The notes under the pieces: generated by a model
Told to the model about the DNA's origin: nothing
Seen by the model: the letters and a program-made list of their open reading frames with translations, nothing else
The model's database searches: none
Shown: positions 18,355-27,856 of the stretch, piece after piece
Numbering within the stretch: position 1 is the stretch's first letter
Layout of the letters: every line of letters starts with the position of its first letter
Assembly: GCA_024275955.1 (NCBI GenBank)
Contig: JAJRYD010000036.1
Location: 1-64,000, forward strand
Length of the DNA: 64,000 nucleotides
Reading direction: 5' to 3'
Source of the DNA: Nitrospirota bacterium
GTDB lineage: Bacteria; Nitrospinota_A; UBA7883; JACRGQ01
Translations under genes and position numbers: made by a program

Positions 18355-19020
18355 ATGCCGAAAATAATGATCGTTGATGATGACCCAAACATAGCATTAC
18401 TGCTGGAGCTTACCCTTAAAAAGGATTCTGGGTTTGAAGTGGTCAAGTTCATAAACGGTCAGGACGCTTTGGACAACATAGAAAAAGAGAAGCCAGATCT
18501 CATTTTACTTGACGTGATGATGCCGGGCTTAGACGGCTACGAAGTTTGTCGGCGTATTAAATCTTCAGAGAAGACTAGATATGTATCTGTCATAATTCTT
18601 TCCGCCAAAAGGGAGCTGGAAGACAAAATTAAAGGAATGAGCATCGGAGCCGATGATTACATAGTAAAACCGTTTAACCCTGAGGAATTGCTTGTAAGGG
18701 TGTATGTTCAGCTTCGGATGAGAAAGCTGGAAGTGGAGCTGGTCGACAAGAAAAAACTGGAAACCGTTCTTGCTATGTCTGTAACGATGCAACACGAAAT
18801 AAACAATCCGCTGGCTGGAATACAAGGCAATGCTGACCTGCTGAGAGATTGGCGCGACATGGAGGAAAGTGAAGTGGATGATCTGGTGAATATAATCCGT
18901 GAACAGACAAAAAGGATCAATGTGATAATGAAGGAGATGTCATCTGCTACAAAAGTGGCGGAAACGTCGTACCTCGGCTCTACCAAAATGATAAATTTAA
19001 AAAAATTAAAAGATGATTAG
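18355..19020 (+). CDS. Orphan receiver (REC) domain fused to a HisKA/DHp phosphoacceptor domain with no HATPase domain
   Basis: Canonical REC (IMIVDDD...LLDVMMPGLDG...ILSAK...IVKPF) followed by an H-box (MQHEINNPLAGIQGNADLL). The protein ends 60 aa later with no ATP-binding N/G boxes. Confidence 0.75.
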   Translation: MPKIMIVDDDPNIALLLELTLKKDSGFEVVKFINGQDALDNIEKEKPDLILLDVMMPGLDGYEVCRRIKSSEKTRYVSVIILSAKRELEDKIKGMSIGADDYIVKPFNPEELLVRVYVQLRMRKLEVELVDKKKLETVLAMSVTMQHEINNPLAGIQGNADLLRDWRDMEESEVDDLVNIIREQTKRINVIMKEMSSATKVAETSYLGSTKMINLKKLKDD

Positions 19021-19051
19021 GAAGAATAACCGGAGGTGGCGAGCCTGTAAA

Positions 19052-19345
19052 TAGTCGAAGCTGAGAAAGTTGTTTCATACTGCAAATAAAGCTTAATAGT
19101 CGGTTTTTAACTCTTTGGAAATCGCAAGAAGAATGAAAAAGTAAGCAAAAACATGGTTATTAAACTCAAGGTTATTTACAAAAATCCCCTTGCATAGCAT
19201 AAGGAGGGGCCACCCGAAGGGTGGGGGGGCTTCTTAGTCAGGTAAGCCTTCCGGCGTTCGACAGGCCCACGCCGTCTTCCCTTTTTAAAAAGGGAAAGGT
19301 TTTTATAATTGTTTAAACAATAAACAGCTTTTTCAGGGACAACTA
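19052..19345 (+). repeat. Type-2 structured repeat, copy C
   Basis: Same architecture as copies A and B, with compensatory substitutions in two hairpins. Confidence 0.85.
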
Positions 19346-19570
19346 AATAATTCCGTGTAACTGTCCGTTCCATTTTTTTCGATACCATATCGGCACACTC
19401 AATCATAAACCTGTTGAGCGCAGGTTTTTAGTTAGCCCTGCAATCAAATTGTGTAACTGTTTTTTTGCGGTAGCCGCTATCCGCGCTTGTAGCTAGCACC
19501 CTGCCGTAACGGTTAAGCTGTTTTTACACTATCCACCTTCCCAAAAAAATGAGCCGAAATCTGCAAACGC

Positions 19571-20017
19571 TTATTGTGCCTTAGCCGGCTTACCCAAGTA
19601 GCTCTTCCTGTTTTTTCTGCCGTTGTCGACAGCGGCGTAAAAATAAGGGCCGGCCAGCTTAGCTTTTGTTGCCTCAAGTTTTCCCTCGTCCGGTTGCGAA
19701 ACAAGCGCGATTGCCAAAAAACCTTTTTTACCAAAAATTTCCCTCAAGCTGTAAGACCACTCAAGAAGTTTTCGCGCTATCTCGACATCATCTTTGTAGA
19801 AAAATATAAGAACCACCTTTCCGTTAGTCTTTTCCATATCAAGGGGCAGGGTAACCCATTGCTCGGTTTTTATAGCTGGCCACTGTTGGCCCAGCATTAG
19901 TGATGCCTGACGAATGTTGAATTTAACCGCGGTGATAAAAAAGAGAATCAGTACGGTAGAGATAAAGAAGAGCCGCAGGTTTGCGACTTGTACTTTTTTT
20001 TGAACAGTGTCCATCAT
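19571..20017 (-). CDS. Hypothetical membrane-anchored protein (148 aa) downstream of gatA
   Basis: N-terminal TM helix. Co-directional with gatCA and tightly spaced. No recognisable motif. Confidence 0.45.
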   Translation of the reverse strand: MMDTVQKKVQVANLRLFFISTVLILFFITAVKFNIRQASLMLGQQWPAIKTEQWVTLPLDMEKTNGKVVLIFFYKDDVEIARKLLEWSYSLREIFGKKGFLAIALVSQPDEGKLEATKAKLAGPYFYAAVDNGRKNRKSYLGKPAKAQ

Positions 20018-20103
20018 TCGTAAAGATAGCGTGGTTCGGTATACAGCTTCAACCAGAAAGAATTCGGCGTAGCCATTCTTTTTTAGGCAGGCTCAAAAAG
20101 ATA

Positions 20104-21570
20104 TTAGACTGCCGGTTTTTTTGCGGAGAGTTCTGCTCCGTGCAGTTTTTCGTAGGCCGATGCGGCGGAGAAAAGGGCCGGCTCTCCAAAGTGCGGCGCA
20201 AGCAGTTGAACGCCGACAGGCAGACCGCTTGGAGTAAAGCCCCCCTGCACAGAGATTGCCGGAATGCCGCTAAGGTTCGCGCTTATTGTAAATATATCGT
20301 TAAGGTACATCTGCAATGGGTCGTCTATTTTTTCTCCGATATTGAAAGCCGCTGTAGGAGTAGTCGGCGTGAGGAGCAGATCGCACTTTTTGAAAGCTTC
20401 TTTAAAATCGTTTGTTATAAGTGTTCTCACTTTTTGGGCTTTCAGGTAATAGGCATCGTAGTAGCCGCTTGAAAGAGCATAGGTGCCGAGCATGATGCGT
20501 CTTTTTACTTCGGCGCCAAAACCCTCGGTACGGGTATTTAGGTACATCTCGCTGAGGCTGGAGGCGTTATCGCTTCTAAAGCCGTACTTTACGCCGTCGT
20601 AACGCGACAGGTTAGAGCTCGCCTCGGCAGGAGCTATCACATAATAGACGGCGACAGCGTACTTGGTGTGGGGCAGGGAGACCTCCTCAATTTTGGCCCC
20701 CTCGTTTTCCAGCTTTTTTGCCGCGTCGGTGACGATTGCCGCTATTGCAGTGTCCACTCCGCCTACGAAGTATTCTTTTGGAAGGCCGATGACCGTTCCT
20801 TTCACTCCTTCATCTAGGCTTTTGGAATAATCGGGAACAGGTATATCTGCCGAAGTGGAATCCATAGAATCGTATCCGGCGATAGCCTGTAGTATCAACG
20901 CACAGTCTTCGACGTTGCGGGCAAAAGGCCCTATCTGGTCAAGCGAGGACGCGAAGGCGATAAGGCCGAAGCGTGAGACTCTGCCGTATGTAGGCTTAAG
21001 GCCTGCCACACCGCAAAAGGCGGCTGGCTGGCGGATAGAGCCGCCGGTATCGGAGCCAAGTGTTCCCGGGCAAAGTCGTGCCGCCACTGCCGCCGCAGAG
21101 CCGCCGCTAGAACCTCCCGGAACGGTATCAAGGTTCCACGGGTTTTTGCATCGGCCGAAATAAGATGTCTCGTTAGATGAACCCATAGCAAATTCGTCCA
21201 TATTGGTTTTACCCAGCAAAACCGCGCCGGCTTCCCTAAGCTTTTCTATAACTGTCGCAGAGTATGGAGATTTGAAGTTTTCAAGTATTTTTGATCCGCA
21301 GGTTGTTAGTCCGTCTTTGATAACTATAAGATCTTTTATTCCAAGAGGGATGCCGAGAAGCTTTTCCGTGCCGCCGTCGGCTATTCTTTTGTCAGCCTCG
21401 TCTGCTTCCTTTAGGGCCGTTTCTTTTTCTACTCTTATAAAAGCGTTTATCTTGGGGTTGAGCTTTTCAATACTTTTAAGGAAAGATTCTGTAATTTCTC
21501 TAGAGGAAACTTCGCCAGCCTGAAGCTTTTTCGATAATGATGCTATTGATTCGTCTGAGAAATCCGCCAT
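20104..21570 (-). CDS. gatA: Glutamyl-tRNA(Gln) amidotransferase subunit A (amidase signature)
   Basis: 488 aa with the amidase signature [13 protein letters not shown] and the GatA N-terminus. Confidence 0.9.
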   Translation of the reverse strand: MADFSDESIASLSKKLQAGEVSSREITESFLKSIEKLNPKINAFIRVEKETALKEADEADKRIADGGTEKLLGIPLGIKDLIVIKDGLTTCGSKILENFKSPYSATVIEKLREAGAVLLGKTNMDEFAMGSSNETSYFGRCKNPWNLDTVPGGSSGGSAAAVAARLCPGTLGSDTGGSIRQPAAFCGVAGLKPTYGRVSRFGLIAFASSLDQIGPFARNVEDCALILQAIAGYDSMDSTSADIPVPDYSKSLDEGVKGTVIGLPKEYFVGGVDTAIAAIVTDAAKKLENEGAKIEEVSLPHTKYAVAVYYVIAPAEASSNLSRYDGVKYGFRSDNASSLSEMYLNTRTEGFGAEVKRRIMLGTYALSSGYYDAYYLKAQKVRTLITNDFKEAFKKCDLLLTPTTPTAAFNIGEKIDDPLQMYLNDIFTISANLSGIPAISVQGGFTPSGLPVGVQLLAPHFGEPALFSAASAYEKLHGAELSAKKPAV

Positions 21571-21581
21571 ATTTTTTTAGC

Positions 21582-21875
21582 CTATTCTATGACGCGTGGA
21601 ACAGAGAAGTAATTTTGGTCTCTCGCGGGGGCATTATCAAGAAGCTTTCCCCCTTTTTCAAATATCGCTTTTACTTCATCTTCCCTGAAAACATTTTTGC
21701 TTTCTATCGCATGGCTCGTAGGCATAACATTTCTTGTATCGAGCTTTTGAAGCTGGGCGATATGGTCCAGCACGTTGGAAAGTGTCTTTGCCATCTCTTT
21801 AATTTCGTTTTCCGGGATTTTAATATTCGCAAGTCCCGCGACATTTCGGACTTCGTCCTCTGTTATTTCCGCCAT
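21582..21875 (-). CDS. gatC: Glutamyl-tRNA(Gln) amidotransferase subunit C
   Basis: MAEITEDEVRNVAGLANIKIPENEI...DTRNVMPTSH is the typical GatC. Start chosen at the conserved Met; the track ORF begins at an upstream GTG. Confidence 0.75.
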   Translation of the reverse strand: MAEITEDEVRNVAGLANIKIPENEIKEMAKTLSNVLDHIAQLQKLDTRNVMPTSHAIESKNVFREDEVKAIFEKGGKLLDNAPARDQNYFSVPRVIE

Positions 21876-22253
21876 TAACGCCTGTGGGATGCCTTTTTTG
21901 AGCGCCACCTTTTTTTCTGTTTTTTCTTTTTAGTATTGCTTGCCATAATTCCTCCGGTTAATCTCTTTCATAAATCAGTACGTTGCCAACGACTGTCAAG
22001 TTTAAAGTCTTTCGAGATTTTGTGCAAGGCTTCCGCGTATCCCATTTACAGAACAACCGAACGAAACCACGTTTGCGAAAATCTCTTTAGCAACTTGTCT
22101 CTTGGTATCGAGAGGGAAGTATATCATCAGATTCAGGCGGTAAACTAGGTCAAAATCGCAAATCTTCCTATGTTTTTTAAATCTCTGTGAGGTTTATCTT
22201 TTTAAATATTAGTAGGAAAGCATTGAGCTGTTAACTTTAAAGTCGAAGCTGAA

Positions 22254-22295
22254 GGTTTTAACAAGCTTAATAGTCAACATTGTGGACGAATAAGC
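22254..22295 (+). repeat. Partial 5' end of a type-2 repeat
   Basis: agtcgaagctga...gtt..aagcttaatagtc matches the start of copy C. Confidence 0.5.
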
Positions 22296-22371
22296 TGAAA
22301 TTATAGCTGGCGGTAGATTTTTTAAGCCTAAACCTGCGGTGTGTCAGTTTGAGTTCCAGCGGCTTCCCCTC

Positions 22372-22502
22372 TTTTCTCAAAAGAGGGGACTTAAAGGGGT
22401 GTCGCCCCTTTTTAAGGGTAACCGTTCCGTCCAGCACTAGCGGGGGACAGCTCCCATCGCATTTCGCAAAGGTAAGAGAAAGATTACTGTAATTTTCAAG
22501 CG
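22372..22502 (+). repeat. Type-3 repeat, copy 2 of 2, preceded by two GC-rich hairpins
   Basis: Hairpins cccctcttttctcaaaagagggg and aggggtgtcgcccct, then the conserved ccgtcc...gcggggga...tcgcaaagg...actgtaatttt block. Confidence 0.6.
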
Positions 22503-22752
22503 GAGACACTACCCCTAGGTTACAGGTCTTTAGCCGTGAAGAATTTTCTTTTACAACCTTCCGGCATCTTCGTGGATGCTGTACCGATGATAGAGCCTTC
22601 GGTCGCCATTTTTAACTTGCAAGACCGATATTATATACAGCTTCTTATCCGTTTTTGAGCATAGGCGACGCAGGCTGTTTCTAAAAATATCACCCGGCTT
22701 CGTTTTTTTCTCATGCTGTTGACACCACTTGCCAAATCGGTAGAATGTAGAA

Positions 22753-23235
22753 ATGTTTGAAAAGACGATAATAAAACTTGAGGCCGAGCTGAAAGAGCTT
22801 GATCGACAGCTAAGGGTAGAGATTCCCAAAGAGATAGGTACGGCGGCCGCTTTGGGCGATTTGAGCGAGAACGCGGAGTATCACGCCGCCAAAGAGAGGA
22901 AACGGAACACCGAGGGAAGGATATCCAAGCTTCAGGGCAGGATTCGCGACCTTAAGAGCATAGACCTAAGCAAGGTTTCAAAAACAGGCGTAGGGCTTGG
23001 GAGCATAGTTACACTGGAGGATGTCAACAGCGGGGCCGAGGTTACATACGAGCTTGTGATGGCCGATCAGGTCGATATCGACTCTGGCAGGATATCTCTT
23101 CAAGCGCCGATCGGCAGGGCGTTGATGGGCAAAGTAGAGGATGACGATGTGCTGGTCAACCTTCCTGCCGGAAAAAAGGAATACACCATAAATAAAGTTG
23201 TCACGCTACATGAGCGCGGCGATATTGACGAGTAG
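22753..23235 (+). CDS. greA: Transcription elongation factor GreA
   Basis: GDLSENAEYHAAKE motif plus a C-terminal FKBP-like domain. Confidence 0.8.
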   Translation: MFEKTIIKLEAELKELDRQLRVEIPKEIGTAAALGDLSENAEYHAAKERKRNTEGRISKLQGRIRDLKSIDLSKVSKTGVGLGSIVTLEDVNSGAEVTYELVMADQVDIDSGRISLQAPIGRALMGKVEDDDVLVNLPAGKKEYTINKVVTLHERGDIDE

Positions 23236-24933
23236 TTAGTCACCTATCATCTCTCTCGCGTGCTGGCGCGCGGCATGGGTTATCTCTTTACCTGCCTGCA
23301 TCCGCGCAAGCTCTTCTACCCGTTCTTCGCTGTCTAAGAGGCTGATTGAAACGATCGTATTGTTCCGCGAGCTTTCCTTTTTCACGACATAGTGGTGGTC
23401 CGCCTGTCTGGCAATCTGCGGCAGGTGGGTTATGCACAAAATTTGGCAGTTTTTCGATAGTTTTTTAAGCTTTTCACCGACAAGGTCGGCGGTTTTTCCG
23501 CCTATACCGCTATCTATTTCGTCGAAGACCAGCACAGGTACCGGCTGAACCTTGCCTGTCGCGCATTTAAGCCCCAGCATTACCCGAGAAATCTCCCCGC
23601 CAGAGGCAACCTTCGTAAGCGGCATCGGCTTTTGCCCTTCGTTTGTGGAGATAAGGAACCTAAAATCCCCAAACCCTCTTTGAAAAATTTTTGTCTGTTT
23701 TTTGTTAAGCATAAGGCCGTCTGTCGCATCGGCCAAAGTTACCTCTATCTCGAACTTTGCGTTTTCCATATTCAGGCCTTTTAGTTCGGTCTCAACAGCC
23801 TGCTTAAACTCTTTTACTCCGTCTATTCTTTTTTCGTGAAGCTTCCCCGCCATTTCTGTCAGATTTTTTTTAATACTTTCAAATTCGTTTTCAAGAATCT
23901 CTTTTTTTGCATCTGCGGATTCGATTAGGGAGAGTTCTGTTTTTGCCTCTTCGGCCATCTTAATCAAACCTGCTAGGCTAGCGCCGTACTTTCTTTTTAG
24001 CTTTTCTATAAGCGACTGCCGTTCCTCCACTGTTTCCAGCCGTTGGCTGTCGTTTTCGAGAGACGAGCAGTAGGACTGGATCTCCATCGCCGCGTCCGAA
24101 ACAGCCGATGCCGCGCCCGAAAAGATGCCGGCATATTTTTCAAAAAACGGGTCGGTTTCTTTTAGCCGTTCCATTTTGCCTGCCGCCTCTTCTATGCGGG
24201 AAATGGCAGAATTGTCCGATTCGTAAAGTTTTGTAAAAACCTCTCCGCCCGCCTCTTTTATCTTTTCCGCGTTGGCAAGAATTTTTTGCTCTGCCTCAAG
24301 CTCGCCTTCCTCTTTTTCTTTTAACTCCGCTTTTTCAAGTTCCGATAGTTTAAATTCGAGAAATTCTTTTTTGACAGCCGCTTCTTTCTGTTTCTCATTG
24401 AGTAAGTTTATTTCCTCTTTTTTCTTTTTAAGCTCCGTAAAGATAGCGGAAACCTTGCTTGCCTCATCTTCAAGACTAAGGTACCCGTCAAGCCATCTGA
24501 GATGAGTCTCTTTTTTTAAAAGCGCCTGATGCTCATGCTGTCCATGTATGTCGACCATTTTTTCTCCGCCGTTTTTAAGCGTCGATAGAATTATTGAGGA
24601 GCCGTTTACAAACGCTCGGCTTTTGCCCTCTTTTTGTAAAAGCCTGCGTATTATAAACGCCCCGTCTTCCGGCTCGATACCTTCTTTCTCAAAGTCTAGT
24701 ATCGGCAGGGCGGTATCTTCTGCGTTTTCAAAGACAGCTTCGGCGGAACCGTTTTTCTCGTGGTTTTTGAGTATGGAATAGTCGGCCCTCTCTCCAAGTA
24801 TAAGCTGAAGGGCAGAGAGTATCATAGATTTGCCTGCCCCTGTTTCGCCGGTAAGGATGTTAAGACCGCTGTTAAACTCTATCGAAAGGTCATCTATAAG
24901 GCCTATATTTTTGAGCTTGAGCCTTTTTAACAT
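23236..24933 (-). CDS. recN: DNA repair protein RecN
   Basis: 565 aa with an N-terminal Walker A GETGAGKS, a long coiled coil, and C-terminal VFDEIDSGIGG. Confidence 0.9.
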   Translation of the reverse strand: MLKRLKLKNIGLIDDLSIEFNSGLNILTGETGAGKSMILSALQLILGERADYSILKNHEKNGSAEAVFENAEDTALPILDFEKEGIEPEDGAFIIRRLLQKEGKSRAFVNGSSIILSTLKNGGEKMVDIHGQHEHQALLKKETHLRWLDGYLSLEDEASKVSAIFTELKKKKEEINLLNEKQKEAAVKKEFLEFKLSELEKAELKEKEEGELEAEQKILANAEKIKEAGGEVFTKLYESDNSAISRIEEAAGKMERLKETDPFFEKYAGIFSGAASAVSDAAMEIQSYCSSLENDSQRLETVEERQSLIEKLKRKYGASLAGLIKMAEEAKTELSLIESADAKKEILENEFESIKKNLTEMAGKLHEKRIDGVKEFKQAVETELKGLNMENAKFEIEVTLADATDGLMLNKKQTKIFQRGFGDFRFLISTNEGQKPMPLTKVASGGEISRVMLGLKCATGKVQPVPVLVFDEIDSGIGGKTADLVGEKLKKLSKNCQILCITHLPQIARQADHHYVVKKESSRNNTIVSISLLDSEERVEELARMQAGKEITHAARQHAREMIGD

Positions 24934-24945
24934 ATACTTTTCAGC

Positions 24946-25998
24946 TTACTCGGTATGAACTTGGTTCCGCCCGTTTTCCTTCGCGTGGTAAAGAGCCTTA
25001 TCGGCTCTGCCTATCGCGGTTTCTGCCGTATCTCCAGAGATTAGCTCTGTAACTCCGGTGCTTAATGTAACCGAAACAGCTTTGCCCCGCACTGTTATTG
25101 CCGTTTTGTCAATAGCTTTGCGGATTTTTTCAGCCTCTGTTTCGCACGCGGCAAGGTTGGAGCCATGCAGTATGACGGCAAACTCTTCTCCGCCGTAACG
25201 GCATGGTATAGCTTCTTTTGGCAATACCTGTTTTAGTTCCATCCCGAATGTGGTGAGTAGCCTGTCACCCATAAGGTGGCCGTAGGTATCGTTGAATTTT
25301 TTAAAATAATCTATATCAAGCATCATAAGCGAGCAGGCTTTTCCCGTGGAATTTCTTTCGAAATGCTCAATAAGCTTTTCATCAAAATGCCTTCGGTTGC
25401 CCAGCTGAGTAAGGTTATCTGTATGAGCCTCTTTTTTCGCTTCGGCAAGTTCATCACCGAGCTGGCTCAACTGCTGGGAAGATTTCAGTAACTTCTCTCT
25501 TATGGAATCATTGGTTTTAGTTGCCTCAGCGGTGTCCTTTACAAGCAGGCTTAGGACATCTCCGATGTCCTCGATCTTTTCGGCGCTTTCTATCTCGGTC
25601 AGGTAGTTCTGGAGTTTATCTCCGTAACCGGAAGTCGATTGACTGCTATTGATAATTTCTTTCAGCGCGTTGGCCAGAAGGTTCGCCGCTCTTTTGCTTG
25701 CCGCTTGAGTCGCCTTTATTTCAGTAGCCAGTTTTTTCCTTGCCTCCGTGGTCAAATCGCGCGTGTAATGCCGTTTATACAGCCCTTCCATTACGGCCGG
25801 CGTGAAGGCAGATTTTTTGTTAAGCAGGTCGTCCAGCTCTTTTCTTATCTCCTCATGGTCGTTTTTAAAATAGTCGTACCAGATTCGATAGTTGTCGGGA
25901 GTCATCGGAATCCTTTTTTCCGAAAGAAACGAAATCGCCTGCTTTACTGTTTTACGACTGCTTAAAGCTGTTTTTTTAGAATTTTCATTGTTAGTCAT
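24946..25998 (-). CDS. Diguanylate cyclase (GGDEF domain) with an N-terminal coiled-coil region
   Basis: RYGGEEF active-site motif. Overlaps the nadK 3' end; the start is uncertain. Confidence 0.8.
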   Translation of the reverse strand: MTNNENSKKTALSSRKTVKQAISFLSEKRIPMTPDNYRIWYDYFKNDHEEIRKELDDLLNKKSAFTPAVMEGLYKRHYTRDLTTEARKKLATEIKATQAASKRAANLLANALKEIINSSQSTSGYGDKLQNYLTEIESAEKIEDIGDVLSLLVKDTAEATKTNDSIREKLLKSSQQLSQLGDELAEAKKEAHTDNLTQLGNRRHFDEKLIEHFERNSTGKACSLMMLDIDYFKKFNDTYGHLMGDRLLTTFGMELKQVLPKEAIPCRYGGEEFAVILHGSNLAACETEAEKIRKAIDKTAITVRGKAVSVTLSTGVTELISGDTAETAIGRADKALYHAKENGRNQVHTE

Positions 25999-26860
25999 GG
26001 TGGCTTGAAGAGCCTCCCCACCCAAGCTTGCCTCTTAGCGTGTCAAAATGTGTTCTACCGGGAACTTTTAACAGCTGGGTTGTATGCCGGGACTTATAAA
26101 TGGTCAAATGGTCATGTTCGTTTATGTCGATACTCTCCTGCCCATCCAGTGTTGCTATAACCTCGTCTTGCTCTTCGCAGATATCGATCTCTATTATCGA
26201 ATCGCCCGGTATTACCAACGGTCTGTTAGAGAGCGTGTGCGGGCAGATGGGGCATATTGCCATAGCGTCAATAGTAGGGTAGAGAATTGGGCCACCGGCG
26301 CTTAAAGCGTATGCCGTAGACCCTGTAGGGCTAGAAATTATCAGCCCGTCCGCTTTATACCTTGTAACATATTTTTTATTTACAGATATCGTAAGCTCTA
26401 TCATTTTGGCGATGTTCTTGCGGCTAAGCACAACGTCGTTTAGCGCTAGGTTTGTGCTGGTGGTGTGGTCGTTTTCTATTTTTATATCGATCATCGCCCT
26501 TTCCTGTATTTCGAAGTCGCCGTCCTTTATTTTTACAAGAGCTTCTTCCAGCTCATCAAGTGAAACTTCCGTAATAAATCCAAGACTTCCAAGATTTACT
26601 CCCAATAGCGGTATCGAATGAGAGGTAGCCTTGCGGGCAGTGGCCAGAAACGTGCCGTCTCCGCCAAGTACGATAAGGGCGTCTATAGATTCAAGAAGCT
26701 TGGAATGCTCCAGCCCTTCTCCCTTTATAAGCTTTGCGGAGGTTCGGTCGATGAGAATTTTTATGCCGTTTTTCTCTCCCCATCTCATTACCTGACGGAT
26801 AGCGTCGGGCGCAAGAGGGTTTTGCGGTTTTACCACAAGTCCAAGCGTCGATATTTTCAT
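25991..26860 (-). CDS. nadK: NAD kinase
   Basis: GGDGT motif, NDVV, DGLIISSPTGSTAYALSAGGPI. Confidence 0.9.
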   Translation of the reverse strand: MKISTLGLVVKPQNPLAPDAIRQVMRWGEKNGIKILIDRTSAKLIKGEGLEHSKLLESIDALIVLGGDGTFLATARKATSHSIPLLGVNLGSLGFITEVSLDELEEALVKIKDGDFEIQERAMIDIKIENDHTTSTNLALNDVVLSRKNIAKMIELTISVNKKYVTRYKADGLIISSPTGSTAYALSAGGPILYPTIDAMAICPICPHTLSNRPLVIPGDSIIEIDICEEQDEVIATLDGQESIDINEHDHLTIYKSRHTTQLLKVPGRTHFDTLRGKLGWGGSSSHHD

Positions 26861-26887
26861 TAATGCGCAACTCCGATATTTTTTCAG

Positions 26888-27856
26888 TTAGGCTAGTAGT
26901 GATAGTATCAGGTCGGTATCTTTCTCCAAACCGTTTATTTTGCTGATGTTTGACCTTATGTAGCTTACCGTGGCAGGAATATATTTGAGGTAGGTCTCAT
27001 TTTTTTGGGAAACCGCCTGAAAACCAAAGGTTCCCAATGCCTTAAGGTTGCGTTGTAAGGCGACCCTGTAAAGCATATCTAAAAAATCTTTACTCTGGGC
27101 GGTTTCCCTGCTCTTAAACTTGAGCCGGCCCAGATAGTAGTCCAGCAGGTCATCCCTGTCGGCATCGTCCAGCTTTACATACGAGTCGAACATAAGTGAG
27201 GCGAGGTCGTACTGTAAAGGCCCCATACGGGCATCCTGAAAATCGAGTACGAAATATCTGCCGTTTTTAATCATTATGTTGCGCGCGTGGTAGTCTCTGT
27301 GGGTAAATACCGTCGGCTCTTTCGCAATCGGCCTCACCAGATTTTGAAAAGCTGTTTCAAGTTTTTCCTTTTCATTTTGCGTTAGTTTCTTTTTGTTAAG
27401 GCCCTCAATAAACCAGTAGGTAGTAAAGTTCATTTCGTACATCAGTTTTTCCATGTCGAAACTGCGGTTTGCCGCTGGGGCGGAGCTGTCTATCCTCTTT
27501 GTTCCTTCCACCTGCATCGTTACCAGCGTGTCGAGCGCCCTTGGATAGTGTTCCATTATTTTCTCTCTGTTTCCGTCGGCCACGGTATCTTCCAGCAAGG
27601 TATCACCGCAGTCTTCAAGGTATATAAGGCCTTCGTCGGGGTTTGTGAAGTAAACGGCAGGCACAGTAACACCGCATTCCTCAAGAAAATCCCTTAGCAA
27701 AAGAAAATCGTCGGTATCCTCACTGTAAGGCTCTTTTTTCATCATAATTAGATTTTTGGGAACGGAATTTTCGTCTTCAAACGTTAGACGATAGTACGAC
27801 CGGCCGGAGGCATCTCCGGTTAATTTTTTAAGCGTAAAATCGTTGCTATCGTGCAT
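26888..27856 (-). CDS. Protein-kinase-like phosphotransferase (APH/choline-kinase fold) adjacent to waaA; possibly a sugar or Kdo kinase
   Basis: HRDYHARNIM catalytic loop and a DFQD metal-binding motif. Confidence 0.6.
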   Translation of the reverse strand: MHDSNDFTLKKLTGDASGRSYYRLTFEDENSVPKNLIMMKKEPYSEDTDDFLLLRDFLEECGVTVPAVYFTNPDEGLIYLEDCGDTLLEDTVADGNREKIMEHYPRALDTLVTMQVEGTKRIDSSAPAANRSFDMEKLMYEMNFTTYWFIEGLNKKKLTQNEKEKLETAFQNLVRPIAKEPTVFTHRDYHARNIMIKNGRYFVLDFQDARMGPLQYDLASLMFDSYVKLDDADRDDLLDYYLGRLKFKSRETAQSKDFLDMLYRVALQRNLKALGTFGFQAVSQKNETYLKYIPATVSYIRSNISKINGLEKDTDLILSLLA

